From the human T2T-CHM13v2.0 reference genome, Homo sapiens, in NCBI RefSeq assembly GCF_009914755.1, contig NC_060927.1: 64,000 nt of DNA. The stretch is one strand, 5' to 3'. This document shows, piece after piece, positions 29,532-41,652 of this stretch; the first letter of the stretch is position 1; every line of letters begins with the position of its first letter. Below the pieces are notes generated by a model. The model ran no database searches and was not told the origin of the DNA. It saw only the letters and a list, made by a program, of their open reading frames with translations. Position numbers and translations under genes: made by a program.

Positions 29532-29838
29532 GGCCAGGCGTGGTGGCTCACGCCTGTAATCCCAGCATTTTGGGAGGCCGAGATGAGCGGATCTCCTGAG
29601 GTTGGGAATTCGAGACCAGCCTGACCAACATGGAGAAACCCCGTCTCTACTAAAAATACAAAATTAGCCTGGCATGGTGGCGCATGCCTGTAATCCCAGC
29701 TACTTGGGAGGATGAGGCAGGAGAATTGCTTGAACCCGTGAGGCAAGGATTACGATGAGCTGAGATCACACCATTGTACTCCAGCCTGCGCAACAAGAGC
29801 AAAACTTTGTCACAAAAAAAAAAAAAAAAAAAAAAAAA
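29532..29838 (+). mobile_element. AluSp-like element inserted in a MIR
   Basis: cctgaccaacatggagaaacc and caacaagagc are Sp-type positions; A tail of about 25 nt. Confidence 0.9.
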
Positions 29839-31869
29839 AGGCTGAGGTGTTAAACAACTAGTGTGACAGGGCTAGTTCCAATGATTCCAATACATACTGT
29901 CTCCTAAGTCTACAATCATAACTAAACCATTTCAGTCAGAGGGAAATAGGGAATATAGTGGCAAGGAAGCAAATCACATAGCAAGAGGGTGACAGAGAGG
30001 TTAAATCACTACATCAACAGAGAGTGGTGTAGTAAAGGGAGGAAGGGCTGGGAAAACTGCATGAGGGTGGATTACAGAGAGCTCTGAATGCCATTCTTGG
30101 TAGGATAAAATGTGAGAACTGAACCCCAACTGAGAAGGTGCCAATTAATTCAGGTGGCACTGACCTGTGAGGCTGAGGAGGTCTTAATCACCAGAACACT
30201 AAATGCTCATTATCCAACCTTTTAATTAGCAAAGAAACTACCCTGTCTGGAAAAGTTTTCAGCAAAGAACTAAGATTTGATCATGCTGTTAAAGAAAAAA
30301 AAAGAAAAGAAAAAAACAATCCTCTGATCTCTCCCAGGCAACAAATCTTGTATTTCAGATGTATGTTTTCATATCTTCCAGGTCCCAATTGGAGAGAAAA
30401 TGAGGAAAAGGAGGAACAGATGGGACTAAAAGCAGAAGGCACCTGATGAAAGAGAAAAAGCAAGGCTGGGGGAAGGGTGTTTAGAGAAGGACTGGGAGAA
30501 CAAAAGCAAAGAATCTGAAATGTAAGGTTATCTCCTCTGCTGAACTACACACACAAAGTTGTTCTATTTACTGCTTTGCAATATTGAGTGACTCTATCAA
30601 GTACTGGTGGCGATCGGTGCCTAGGAATAATCACATGGATCTCTCAATAGAAAGCTCACTTTACAGAATCAGGTCACTAATAAGGGCCTGGGGCATGTAT
30701 ATCACCATGTAGGTGTGAAAATGCAGGACAGGGTCAGGCTATGCCAACATCTTTGTACATGTGAAAAATGAAACCCAAGAAGGTCAACAGAAAGGGCATT
30801 GGCCTGGGAATCAGAAAGGTAGTCCTTTCCCTGAAAGAGGATAAATGTATTTTCCCAAGGTGACAAGGTAAGTAGTAGAGTGCCTACATTTTGTTTCTTG
30901 CCTCTTAGGAGAGCATGCTTTCTTCCGTTCCCATGAACTTCAGAATGAGCCACATCTTTACTCAAAGCCTCCTCTGCTATTTATATGTGTGACCTTAGGT
31001 AAGTTATTATCCTCTTTACCATACAGAAAAATAAAACAAGTTCTTTGCTTTCAAACAGCTAAATTAAATCAGGCACAGGTAGGTAGGCAAGGTCCAACAG
31101 GAGGAGTTGGTGTTAAGTGATTCAACTTTGTTCCCAGCACCAGGCTCATATTATAATTATCACTAAGAGTAGAATTTACCACTTCAGTAGAGGAAAGGCT
31201 CCCCATGCTTTTCCATAGCTTCCAAAGTTGGTTTGATGATTATGGGGGAAGAGAAGGAAATTGGGACAACACCTTCGATACTAGACAGTATTTATCAGTC
31301 ACTCAGAGCTGTCCACCGTGCTTACAGCTTGGTGGATATTATTTCATTCAATCCCCCAGTAATCCTTTAGATTATTATTTCAATTGTACACATGAGAAAA
31401 TTGAACTTCAGAAAAATTAAGGGACTTGCCCAAATCCCACTAGATTTAGCACCAGGCTCCAAGCTAATAGCAAACTAGAGAGCTCTTATGGGAACAACCA
31501 TATTACTGCAGCTTTCCCAGTGTAGTTGTCATGACCAACTCAGGGTTCTCCAGTCCAAACAAGGAGGTCGTGCTAATCCATTCATACATCTTAACTCCCG
31601 GAAATCATTTCCATTCCCCATGGAGCAAAATTTTGGAAAGCAGATTCAACAAATTTTGCAAGGTACTGGGGGCAATGTGGCTATTATACAGAAATAAAAG
31701 ACAACTTTCCTGTCCTCCAAGAACTTATAGTTTGGCACGAAAGTGGTAAGTAAACAGACAACAGCAAGTTAGACATCTTCTTCAGAGATTATATTTGAGC
31801 AGTGCAGATGTACAAAGAAAGGGGAAGAAAGTGAACAGGGAGGGAGACATTGAGGAAAAGCTGTGGTGG

Positions 31870-31958
31870 GAGGGAGAGAAGGAAGGAGGGAGGGAGGCAA
31901 GAAGGAAGGAAGGAGCGAGGAAGGGAGGGGAGGGGAGGGAGGGAGGGAGGGAGGAGGC
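31870..31958 (+). repeat. GA-rich low-complexity tract (GGAG/GGAA)
   Basis: Read directly. Confidence 0.85.
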
Positions 31959-32059
31959 AGGCTTTGTATGTCAGGAACTGTGTTAGTTATATTGCCTTAT
32001 CTCTTAATTCTTCCAACACCTGGTTGTCGATATCATTACTCCCATCATATTCCTCCTGC

Positions 32060-32570
32060 TAACCTTCATCACCCTTAGAATGACCTAGTCTTGCATGATA
32101 TGGTTCCTGCCTTCCTCTGTGGCATACATCCTACCACACTGACCCCTTTACTATGCCTTGAATGTATCAGTCTCTCTTTAACCTCAGGGCACTTGCTGTT
32201 CTCTCCAGCTCAAATGTCCCCCAACTCCCTCCAGATGTCCATATGGCCTGCTTCTCTCTCTCTTCCTTCTACTCAAATGTTGCTTCCACAGAAAGGCTCT
32301 CCTTGATCCCCCTAATAACCCACCTCTCAGCTCCACTCTCTTCTCCTTACTCTGGTTTATTTTTCTTCAAGGCACTTACCATTACCAATCTTTCTTTATT
32401 TGTATTTGTTGGTTGCTTGTCTCCCCATTCCTCCACTAGAATGTAAACATTTATTCTCTCTCAGGATAGTAGGCAGTGACTGTTTATTTTTATTTATCCC
32501 CAGAGGAGTCTCAGCAGTGCCTGACATATAGTAAGTGCTCAAGAGAAATTTTATGAATGAGCTAATGAAT
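32060..32570 (+). mobile_element. L2 3' fragment
   Basis: cctcagggcacttgctgtt...cagtgcctgacatatagtaagtgctcaagagaaattttatgaatgagctaatgaat. Confidence 0.8.
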
Positions 32571-33983
32571 CTGCCTTTGCAAGATATGGAAACTGGGGTT
32601 CAGACAAGTTATGCATCTTGGCCATGTCACACAAATGGACCTACCAACTTCATGACATTGTTATGCTCACTCCTGCCTCAGGCTTTGGGCCTTGAAAATC
32701 TCTCCTCCTGCAGGTCTGCTGATGGATCTTCGCAGAGCTGGCTCCTTCCCATAGCTTCAGAAGAGCCTTCTGGGGTCACCTCCTTTAAAATTGCCCCTTC
32801 CACTCCCATTACCCTATTTAACATTCTCCATGACACTTACTACTCTCTGAAATTACCTTATTTTCTTATCTCCCTTATTAGAATGTAAGTACTAGAGAAA
32901 TCAGACCAATGAGACTATTTCTTTCTCATTCACAGCCTGCCTAGAGCAGCACAAACAATGCAAAAACAAACCAAAAAATGAATAAGCGTGTGTATGTAGG
33001 TCTCTTAGTACCATGCTTGGCCCATAACAAGTGCTTACTAGCTACTAGTTACTAATTTTTTAGTAGTAGAGATTTAATAGGAAAGATTATAGGAAAAGAA
33101 ACTCAAAACAAGGGAATAGTGTGAATTAAAGACTAGCTTTTCTTAAACTATGTTGCCAAGGTAGTTTTACCCACAAGTCTGTGTCCTGGGCAAAAATAGT
33201 GGAAATTGGCTTCAGCGCAATCACAAGACTTCTGGAGGAGTCTTTCACTCCGTATGGATCAAAAATGGTGTGTTTCAACCAAGAGTATGGCTTTGGACAT
33301 CTTCTCGTACAATTCACATATTTGTCAGTCATATAAACATTTCAATTTCAAGAATAGCATCTAATGTGCAATTTAATTTGGCCTCCATTTTGTAACTCTC
33401 GGAGCTGCAAATGTAGTTATTTTCACTTGCAGCAAATGGTTTGGTTGAATAGTGCATGGCTATCCAGGACTGGCAGAAAGCAAAACACCAATCGATAAGA
33501 GCAATAAAACTGGAAATCCACAAGATGTGTGGCCTGAAACATGTATAATTTTTAATTCATAATTTACTTAAATGATTGATTCTCCCAAAAGAAAGAACTG
33601 AAATAAGTGATAAATTGAAGTCTTACTGTGCAGAAAAATGAATACAGTGTTGATATGTCTTTAAGATTTCTCCACAACCAACAGAGAAGAGAAGGTAACT
33701 TCTGGACCCTGAAGTAAATCTTATTTTTATTTGGGGAATTATTTGGACATAGCTGCTATTGCCAAAAAAAGATTAATCTATACTATGCCCACCTCCCACA
33801 GGCTCTACAACCATTCCAAAGAAAAACAGGTGAGGAGCTAAATGATGTTGCAAAAATCAGTGAATTTGGAATAAAAAACATCTGTATTCAAATATTGACT
33901 CTGTGGTAGGTAAGACTAGAGGATCAGACAGGAGGGCAAATATGTTGAATCTTTACTTAAAGGCCAACTCCCTTGCTGCCTAC

Positions 33984-34129
33984 TTTTTTTTTTTTAAGAG
34001 ACAGATTTTGCTGTTTCCCAAGCTGGAGTGCAGTGGCTATTCACAAATGCAATCATAGCACACTACAGCCTTGAAATCCTGGGACCAATCAGTCCTCCTT
34101 CCTCAGCCTCCTGAATAGCTGGGACTACA
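33984..34129 (-). mobile_element. FAM monomer, 5'-truncated
   Basis: Poly(T) then ggctattcacaaatgcaatcatagcacactacagcc. Confidence 0.8.
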
Positions 34130-35421
34130 CCTACCTATTTTTGTGCTCTACACTTATCTATTTCCCTTAAGAGGTAAGGGTTAGTATTTAAGACTTGTCC
34201 CTTGAAGCAGGCCTCCCAAGAAACAAGTGGGCTTTCTGCAAAGTACCAACGAAACTGGCAATGGCCTAAATCTTAAGGACATTAATCCTGGTCAATGATG
34301 GCAAGTCCTGGATCCCAGTCCCCCAGTTATGTCAGATTCTCTAGCTATGAATGCTGATGTGGCAAATCCAGCCGACAGCTTGCTAGACTATACAGCTGCA
34401 ACCACAAGAGTTGGACTCCAGCCTGCTAATTACTCCAGGGGAGAGGCTGGTGCTACCCCAGACATAAATGCTGAGTTAGCAGCATGGAGCTAGAGCCAGC
34501 TCATATTGCTGTTGTATCCTGGCTGATCTCTGAATATAGCAAGGAGGAGGTGATGCTTCCCTAATAATTCAACTTGAAAGCCCCAAAGCCCAAGGATGGG
34601 GATCTATCCCAGAAATCTGACTTGCAGTCATGCTGAATTGCTGTGTACTACCCTAGAATGTGATAAACAAAAGAAAACCACACATCTGCTACTGCATACG
34701 TTCGTAAGTTTGCCTCTAGGGCTGATATACATTCTGGCTGTATACATTCTGGTTATTTGTATATCAGCCCTCTAGGGCTGAGATAAATTCCGGCTCTACA
34801 CATTCTGGCTATTTGTCCTGGTCCCCACAATACCTCATTGATAACATTTATGAAGGGAAGAATAATACTTCTTGATAACTTTTTGGAAGTTGACAAAATA
34901 GAAAAAGAAGGTCCAAATGTCTATATTTTTATGTACACATTTATGCATATTTACAACTTCTGATATTTCTTCTTTTTTCTCAGATTATATGAACCTCTGG
35001 ACTCTGGAGTAAGCATGTAAATATATACGTATATGTCTGTGTGTGTGTGTTTCTGTGTCTGTGTGTATTACTTATATTTATGTTTATATTTATATTTATA
35101 GGCATTTTGAGGTCCTGTGGTAAAGGCCTTGGTCATGTCTGCATAAAAGTCAGCATGGGATATCCTCAAAGCTGCAAGGCTCCACCTATGTAGACACTAC
35201 TGGGAGCAGGATGCCTGGGAGACGAAGCAGGGCAGCATAAATTTTTGTAGCAGAGGCAGCATCTACAGGGGGTGTCTTTGTGTCTCGGAGGATTGTTGCA
35301 AAAGAGTTCATAAATGTGCAGTTCCCTATCTTCCCCAACCCTTCAAAGATGGGAAAGAACTTCATTTAGATGTTCCATCCTACCCCGTTTTTTTACTGAT
35401 CTGGGCAATACCAGGTCCCCT

Positions 35422-35423
<2 letters not shown>

Positions 35424-35467
<44 letters not shown>
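35424..35467 (+). repeat. (AC)22 microsatellite
   Basis: Read directly. Confidence 0.97.
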
Positions 35468-35469
<2 letters not shown>

Positions 35470-35826
35470 CCTGCAATATATTGTGCTGAAAATCAGCCTT
35501 GCTGTCACAGTTCCATTATCAGGAGAGTTTGGAGTAATGCCCAGCCTAGTCTATAATGAAAAATTGTGGCTCAGTGTCCTGATTAAAACCATATCATCCT
35601 TTCTTGTCTATAGCTCCGTTCTTAATTTCAGTCTAGCCCAAGACGCTATCTAAGGTGGCTTGGAATGCAGGCCCACATGTTCCTTTCTGCTGTGAGTACA
35701 AGCAGAACAGGCAGAGCTGGGATTCAAATTGACCTCTCTCTGATTCTGAACCCCATGGTCTTTCCCATGAAGAGATCTAGTTTTTTTTGTTTTTGTTTTT
35801 GTTTTTTTTTTTCATCTGTTAGGGGC

Positions 35827-36218
35827 TGTTATGGGTTGACTTGTGTTTCCTCCATCCTCCCTGAAAAAGATATTTTGTAGCCCTAACCTCTAGTACCCCA
35901 GAATGTGACCATATTTGGAGATACGGTCTTTATAGAAATATTAAAGTTAAAATAGGTTCATTTGGTGTGAGCTCTAATCCCACATGACTGGTGTCCTTAT
36001 GCACAGAGGAAATATGAATACCAAGAAAGAGACACAGAGGAATCAGAGAAAAGACAGACACCTATGAGCCAAGGAGAAAGGCCTAGAACAGATCCTTCCC
36101 TCACAATCCTCAGAAGGAACCAAGCCTACCAACAACACCTTGATCTCAGACATTCAGCCTCCAAAACTGTGATGCAATCAGTGGTGCTTTGTTATGCCAG
36201 TCCCAACAAACTAATACA
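35827..36218 (+). mobile_element. MLT1B-like solo LTR
   Basis: tgttatgggttgacttgtgt...gaatgtgaccatatttggagat...caaactaataca. Confidence 0.85.
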
Positions 36219-37425
36219 GGAGAAATTCAGAGTTTTCAAACTGGAAGTGCATGTCCGTGAACATTAGATTGTTGCAGCCATCCAACTGTACAGTGCACAG
36301 CTCCAGAGGGCAGTATTCCCAGGGTCACATCATGGTGCATTCCTGCACTAGACGTCATACACCACACAGCCTCACACAGTGGTCCCTGACCAAGCTGACA
36401 CAGATAGAGTCTCCTCCTGTGAGACATCTGTTACATATGTTACATGTGTTAAACCTGTTATAAATTCAGTTAAATTGCCCTCAAAGTAAAGATTATAAAA
36501 GAAGGATGTTAAGGGAGATACTGTTGGATTTGTTGCAGTGCATTTAAAAATAGATAACTTCAAGGCCATGGAATATGGGACTGTTTTTTAGCACAAAATT
36601 ATAAAAGTGGAGAACTAATATATGTTAACCTATCGGGAAACTCATCTGAGTATGAGCTGGGCAGACGTTTTGATTGTCTATGGAGGGCTGGACTTCCCAC
36701 TTTTCTCCCACTCATCTGACAGGATCAGTTTTTCAGGTGATGAATTAGGAACAAGGTGAGAAGGAGGTGGCTCTAGACACCCTGGATATAGCACTGTTTT
36801 CTGTTAATGAGATTCAGATGGCCTGATAATTAAAGCTGTCTCCAAAACAGAATGGCTTTCCTCATCTAGCATCCTTGGCACAGGGTAATTCAACTGAAGA
36901 CTGGGTTCATTTATCCATTCAACTCCATAATAAATACTTATGGAGTATTAGGCAATGTCCTGGATATTGGAGGAATACAAAGAATAGTGCCAGTCATATC
37001 AATCTTGCTCTCAAAGAGTTTAGGTTCTAAGGAGAAATAAGGTAGATGCGTAGAAAATTCCAATATAGAATATAAAACTATGTGTCACAGAAAAAGTGCA
37101 GTTAAAATGCCACAGGAGTTCAGAGTAGTTTACGAAGGAAGATATTGGGACAGTGATGGCATTTAAGCTATATGAATAACATTAACAGATAGAGAAAATG
37201 GCATAAGCCAAGATGGAGAGGAGAAGTTGAAGGCTGACTGGAGTACAGGGCATGTTTTTGGGAGCTAGAAAATACAATTGGAAAGGTCTTCTATATCTTC
37301 TTTGGAGATGGTTTTAACCACTAGACCAGGAATGTAAGTTTTATTCTGAGGACCAATAGGAGCCACTCAAAGAAGACGACCTTACAGTGATGTTGACAGA
37401 GAAATTCCAAAGATAAGAAGTTACC

Positions 37426-37723
<298 letters not shown>

Positions 37724-38479
37724 TTAACCTATCAAGTGACTTCTGAAATCTCCCTCTCAGATCACTGAGTCTCTCGATTCATGCTGAAGAAGAAACAATA
37801 ATCCCTTATCATAGATATGGACCACATCAGTTGAGATAGGGCTTGGAGGGTGGGGAAGCTATGAAATCCTTCTGAAAGAATGGCTATATTTTAGGGGATC
37901 ACAGAGAATGCAAAGTTCAAGCAACTAAAGGGAATAGAAAATCCAAGCTATGCGGGGGGCTCTTCCCTTTCTCATAATCCCCCTGGGCAATAAGCCAGTT
38001 CAGAGACATCATCAGCTTATTTTCTCATAAACAACAATTTATCAGTAAGAAAGTGATATTTTTCCTCTTTGCCTGACTCCTTAACACATAATTGGTAGTA
38101 CCTCCCATAACTGATTAACTCAGAACAAAGCTGAAAAGAAAATAACTATTGTGAGCTGGAAGAAATAAACTAAACTCTAGGCGTCTTTCACCTCCTTAGA
38201 TCCATTTACAGTGACCTTTAGCCAAGGGAAGCAATGATTTAGAGAGCAGCTAGAAAGGATTTGTGGAATCCACTGAACTGGAATTCAGCACACGGAGCTA
38301 ATCCTGCAAAACTGTGATTATAAAATTACAAAGCTTGACCAAAGAAAGCTTTGTGCATTCTGTGGACTTGTACCTAAAATCACCCTTAGTCTGAAATATC
38401 CTTTTTGTCTTCCACAGGAATTGGCTAACTGTATTGCTCTATTTATGCCATCTTTGCAACTAAATACTGTGATTAACTT

Positions 38480-38990
38480 GAAGTGTGGTTTCCAGAAATT
38501 TCTTATGAGGAAACAGATAAATATGGAAAGATATATGCCGAAAGATGTTTACTGCAGCAATGCCTAAGATAAAGACTGAAAACAATATAAATATCCATCA
38601 GGAGACGATTGCTTAAGTATAGTACAGTAACACACTGGACTATCATCCAGCCAATAAGCAGACTAAGTTAGATACTAACAAGATTCTAACAATAAACACA
38701 GTAAGTTAGTACTAACAAGAAACTATGTCCATCTGTTGCCCATGTGTCCATTAAATATTGCTAAGAAAAAGAAGTAGGACGCAAATAGTATGTATAATAT
38801 GAACTAATTTTTAACTTTGTATGTATGTTTGAGAAAGAGAAAAGCGTAAAAATGGTGAATCAAATTAACAGTGATTTTCATGGAAGACTGGGATTGTAGT
38901 GAATCCTTCATTTTCTCCCTATGCACTTCTGAATGGCTTGGATTTTGTTACAATGAGTATGTACTGTTTTTATAATTAGAAAAATGATAT
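38480..38990 (+). mobile_element. Ancient L1ME-like 3' fragment
   Basis: aaagatgtttactgcagcaatg...aaacaatataaatatccatcaggagac...ttaacagtgattttcatggaagactgggatt. Confidence 0.55.
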
Positions 38991-39841
38991 TCCTATTAGA
39001 AAAGGAAGATAAAGAGACTAATTCTTCACTATGTTTTCCAAATTTTAATATTACTTATATCAGAGATTATTTTAAGATATTTTAAACTACTCAGTGTAGT
39101 AGAAACAATACTGGACCTACAAGCCAGTCTTCAGTTGTGAGTTCCAGCTCTCTGTTTTTCCTATCTGAGCCTCAGCTGTCTTCATACACAAAATGAGTGG
39201 CTGTATTTACTGACTCACAAAGTCCCTACTAGTACTCACATTTCATAATTCTAACTGGAAATAAATACACCAGGCATTCAATCCTGTCTTATGCAATATG
39301 GCCTAAAATGAGGCCCACAAACTGCTATAATCCAAAGACAAGTGGACTCTTGGAAGAGCTGAATTACATAATAGAATAAGTTTCTATCATAGATCCCCAG
39401 GGAATGAGTCTTTTTTATACACTTACCGTCAGAAGTTCTGTCAAAAATTCTACAATCATCTCCAGCCCCAACATACACAATTTACTAGACAGGAAATTGA
39501 GGCCACAGAGGCAAAGGGACTTGTACAAAATCTCACAGCTAATGAGTAGAAAATTCAGGATTACAAATATTTAATCATTTCTGGGCTGGGTGTAATGCTT
39601 CTTAGATCTTAGAGTTCAGGCTAAACATGTGATAGGTTCAAAACAATGCTTTGACCGTCCCCCACAGCCCTACACCAAATGAATTTCTTTATGAAATCCT
39701 CCACAGCCCGATCCACATCTCTGAAACTGAAACACATTAAAAGGAAAAGATTTTTGAAGAAGTATAATTTCCATTTCCTTTTTCCACCCACATATGTGCA
39801 GGCACACTGATATAAAAAGGGACTTTAAAAAATTTGTGGAA

Positions 39842-41652
39842 TCTTAAGCAAAAAGAACAAAGTCAGAGGTGTCACATTACCCAACTTCAAACTGTACCAT
39901 AAGGCTACAATAACCAAAATGGCATGGTACTGGTACAAAAACAGACACATAGACCAATGGAACAGATAAGATAACCCAGAAATAATACTGCACACCTACA
40001 GCCATCTAATCTTCGACAAAGGCAACAAAAATAAGCAATAGGGAAAGGACCCCCTATTCAATAAAAGGTGTTGGAATAAATGGCTAGCCATATGCAGAAG
40101 AATGAAACTGGACCCCTACCTTTCACCATATGTAAAAATTAACTCAAGATGGATTAAAGATTTAAGTGTAAGACCTAAAGATTTAAATAAAAGAATCCTA
40201 GAGGAAAACCTAGGAAATACAATTTTGGACATCAGCTTTGGGAAAGAATTTGACTAAGTCCTCAAAGCAATTGTAATAAAAATGAAAATTAACAAGTGGG
40301 ACCTAATTAAACTAAAGGGCTTCTACACAGCAAAAGAAACTATCAACAGAGTAAATAGACAACCTACAGAATGGGAGAAAATATTCCCATAATATGTATC
40401 TGACAAAGATCTAATATCCAGACTCTACAAGGAACTTAATTCAACAAGCAAAAAAATAATAATAATAACATCATTAAAAAGTGGGAAAAGGACATGAACA
40501 GACACATCTCAAAAGAAGACATACAAGTGGCCAACAAACATATGAAAAAACGCTCAACATCACTAATTATCAGAGAAATGCAAACCGAAACCACAAAGAG
40601 GCACCATCTTACACCAGTCAGAATGGCTATTATTAAAAAATCATAAAACAACAGATGCTGGTGAGGCTGTGGAGAAAAGAGAATGCTTATACATTGTTGG
40701 TGGGAATATAAATTACTTCAGCCAATGTGAAAAGCAGTTTGGAGGTTTATCAGAGACCTTAGAACAGAACTTAAAATTTAAAACATTCAAACCAGCAATC
40801 CAATTACTGGCTACATATCCAAAAGAAAATAAATTGTTCTACCAAAAAGACACATGCATTTATATGTTCATCACAGCCCTAGTCACAATAGTAAAGACAT
40901 GGACTCAACCTAGGTTCCCATCAACAGTGGATCAGATAAAGCAATGGTCCCCAACCTTTTTGACACCAGGGACTGGTTTTGCAGAAGACAATTTTTCCCC
41001 ATATGGAGGTGGGGAGGGGAGGTGGGGAAATGGTTTCAGGATGAAACTGTTTTACCTCAGATCATCAGGCATTAGATTCTCATAAGGAACATGCAGCCTA
41101 GGTCCTTCTCACGTGCAGTTCACAATAGGGTTTGCACTACTATGAGAATCTAATGCCATGGCTGATCTGACAGGAGGCAGAGCTCAGGTGGTAATGCTCA
41201 CCTGCCCACCACTCACCTCATGCTGTGCAGCCCAGTTCCTAACAGCCCATGGACTGGTACCAGTCTGTGGCCCAGGGGCTGGGGACCCCTTGGGTACAGA
41301 AAATGTAGTATATATATGCCATGAAATACTACACAGCCATAGCAAAGAATGAAATCATGTCCTTTGTAGCAACATGGATGCAGCTGGAGGCCATTATCCT
41401 AAGTGAATTAACAGAGGAACATAAAACCAAATACTGCATGTTCTCACTTACAAGTGGGAGCTAAACATTGGGTACTCATGGACATAAAAATGGCAACAAT
41501 AGAAACTGGGAACTACTACATGGGGAAAGGAGGAAAGTGAGGAAAGGGGCAAAAAATTATGGGGTGCTATGGTCACTACCTGGGTGATGGGATCATTCAG
41601 ACCTCAAACCTCAGCATCACATAGTAAACCCACGTAACAAATCTAAAACCAT
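39842..41652 (+). mobile_element. L1PA15/16-like 3' portion (ORF2 C-terminus and 3' UTR)
   Basis: cttaagcaaaaagaacaaagtc...catggtactggtacaaaaacagacacatagacc...ggacataaaaatggcaacaatag. Confidence 0.9.
40942..41291. mobile_element. MER1B-like hAT-Charlie element inside the L1
   Basis: caatggtccccaacctttttgacaccaggg...ggggacccctt; decayed 8-bp TSD agataaag and gggtacag. Confidence 0.9.

Noticed and set aside
33120-33600. Repeat-free stretch with two short minus-strand ORFs, possibly an exon or conserved element
   Set aside because: No recognisable protein similarity or convincing splice-site pair; conservation cannot be judged from the sequence alone.
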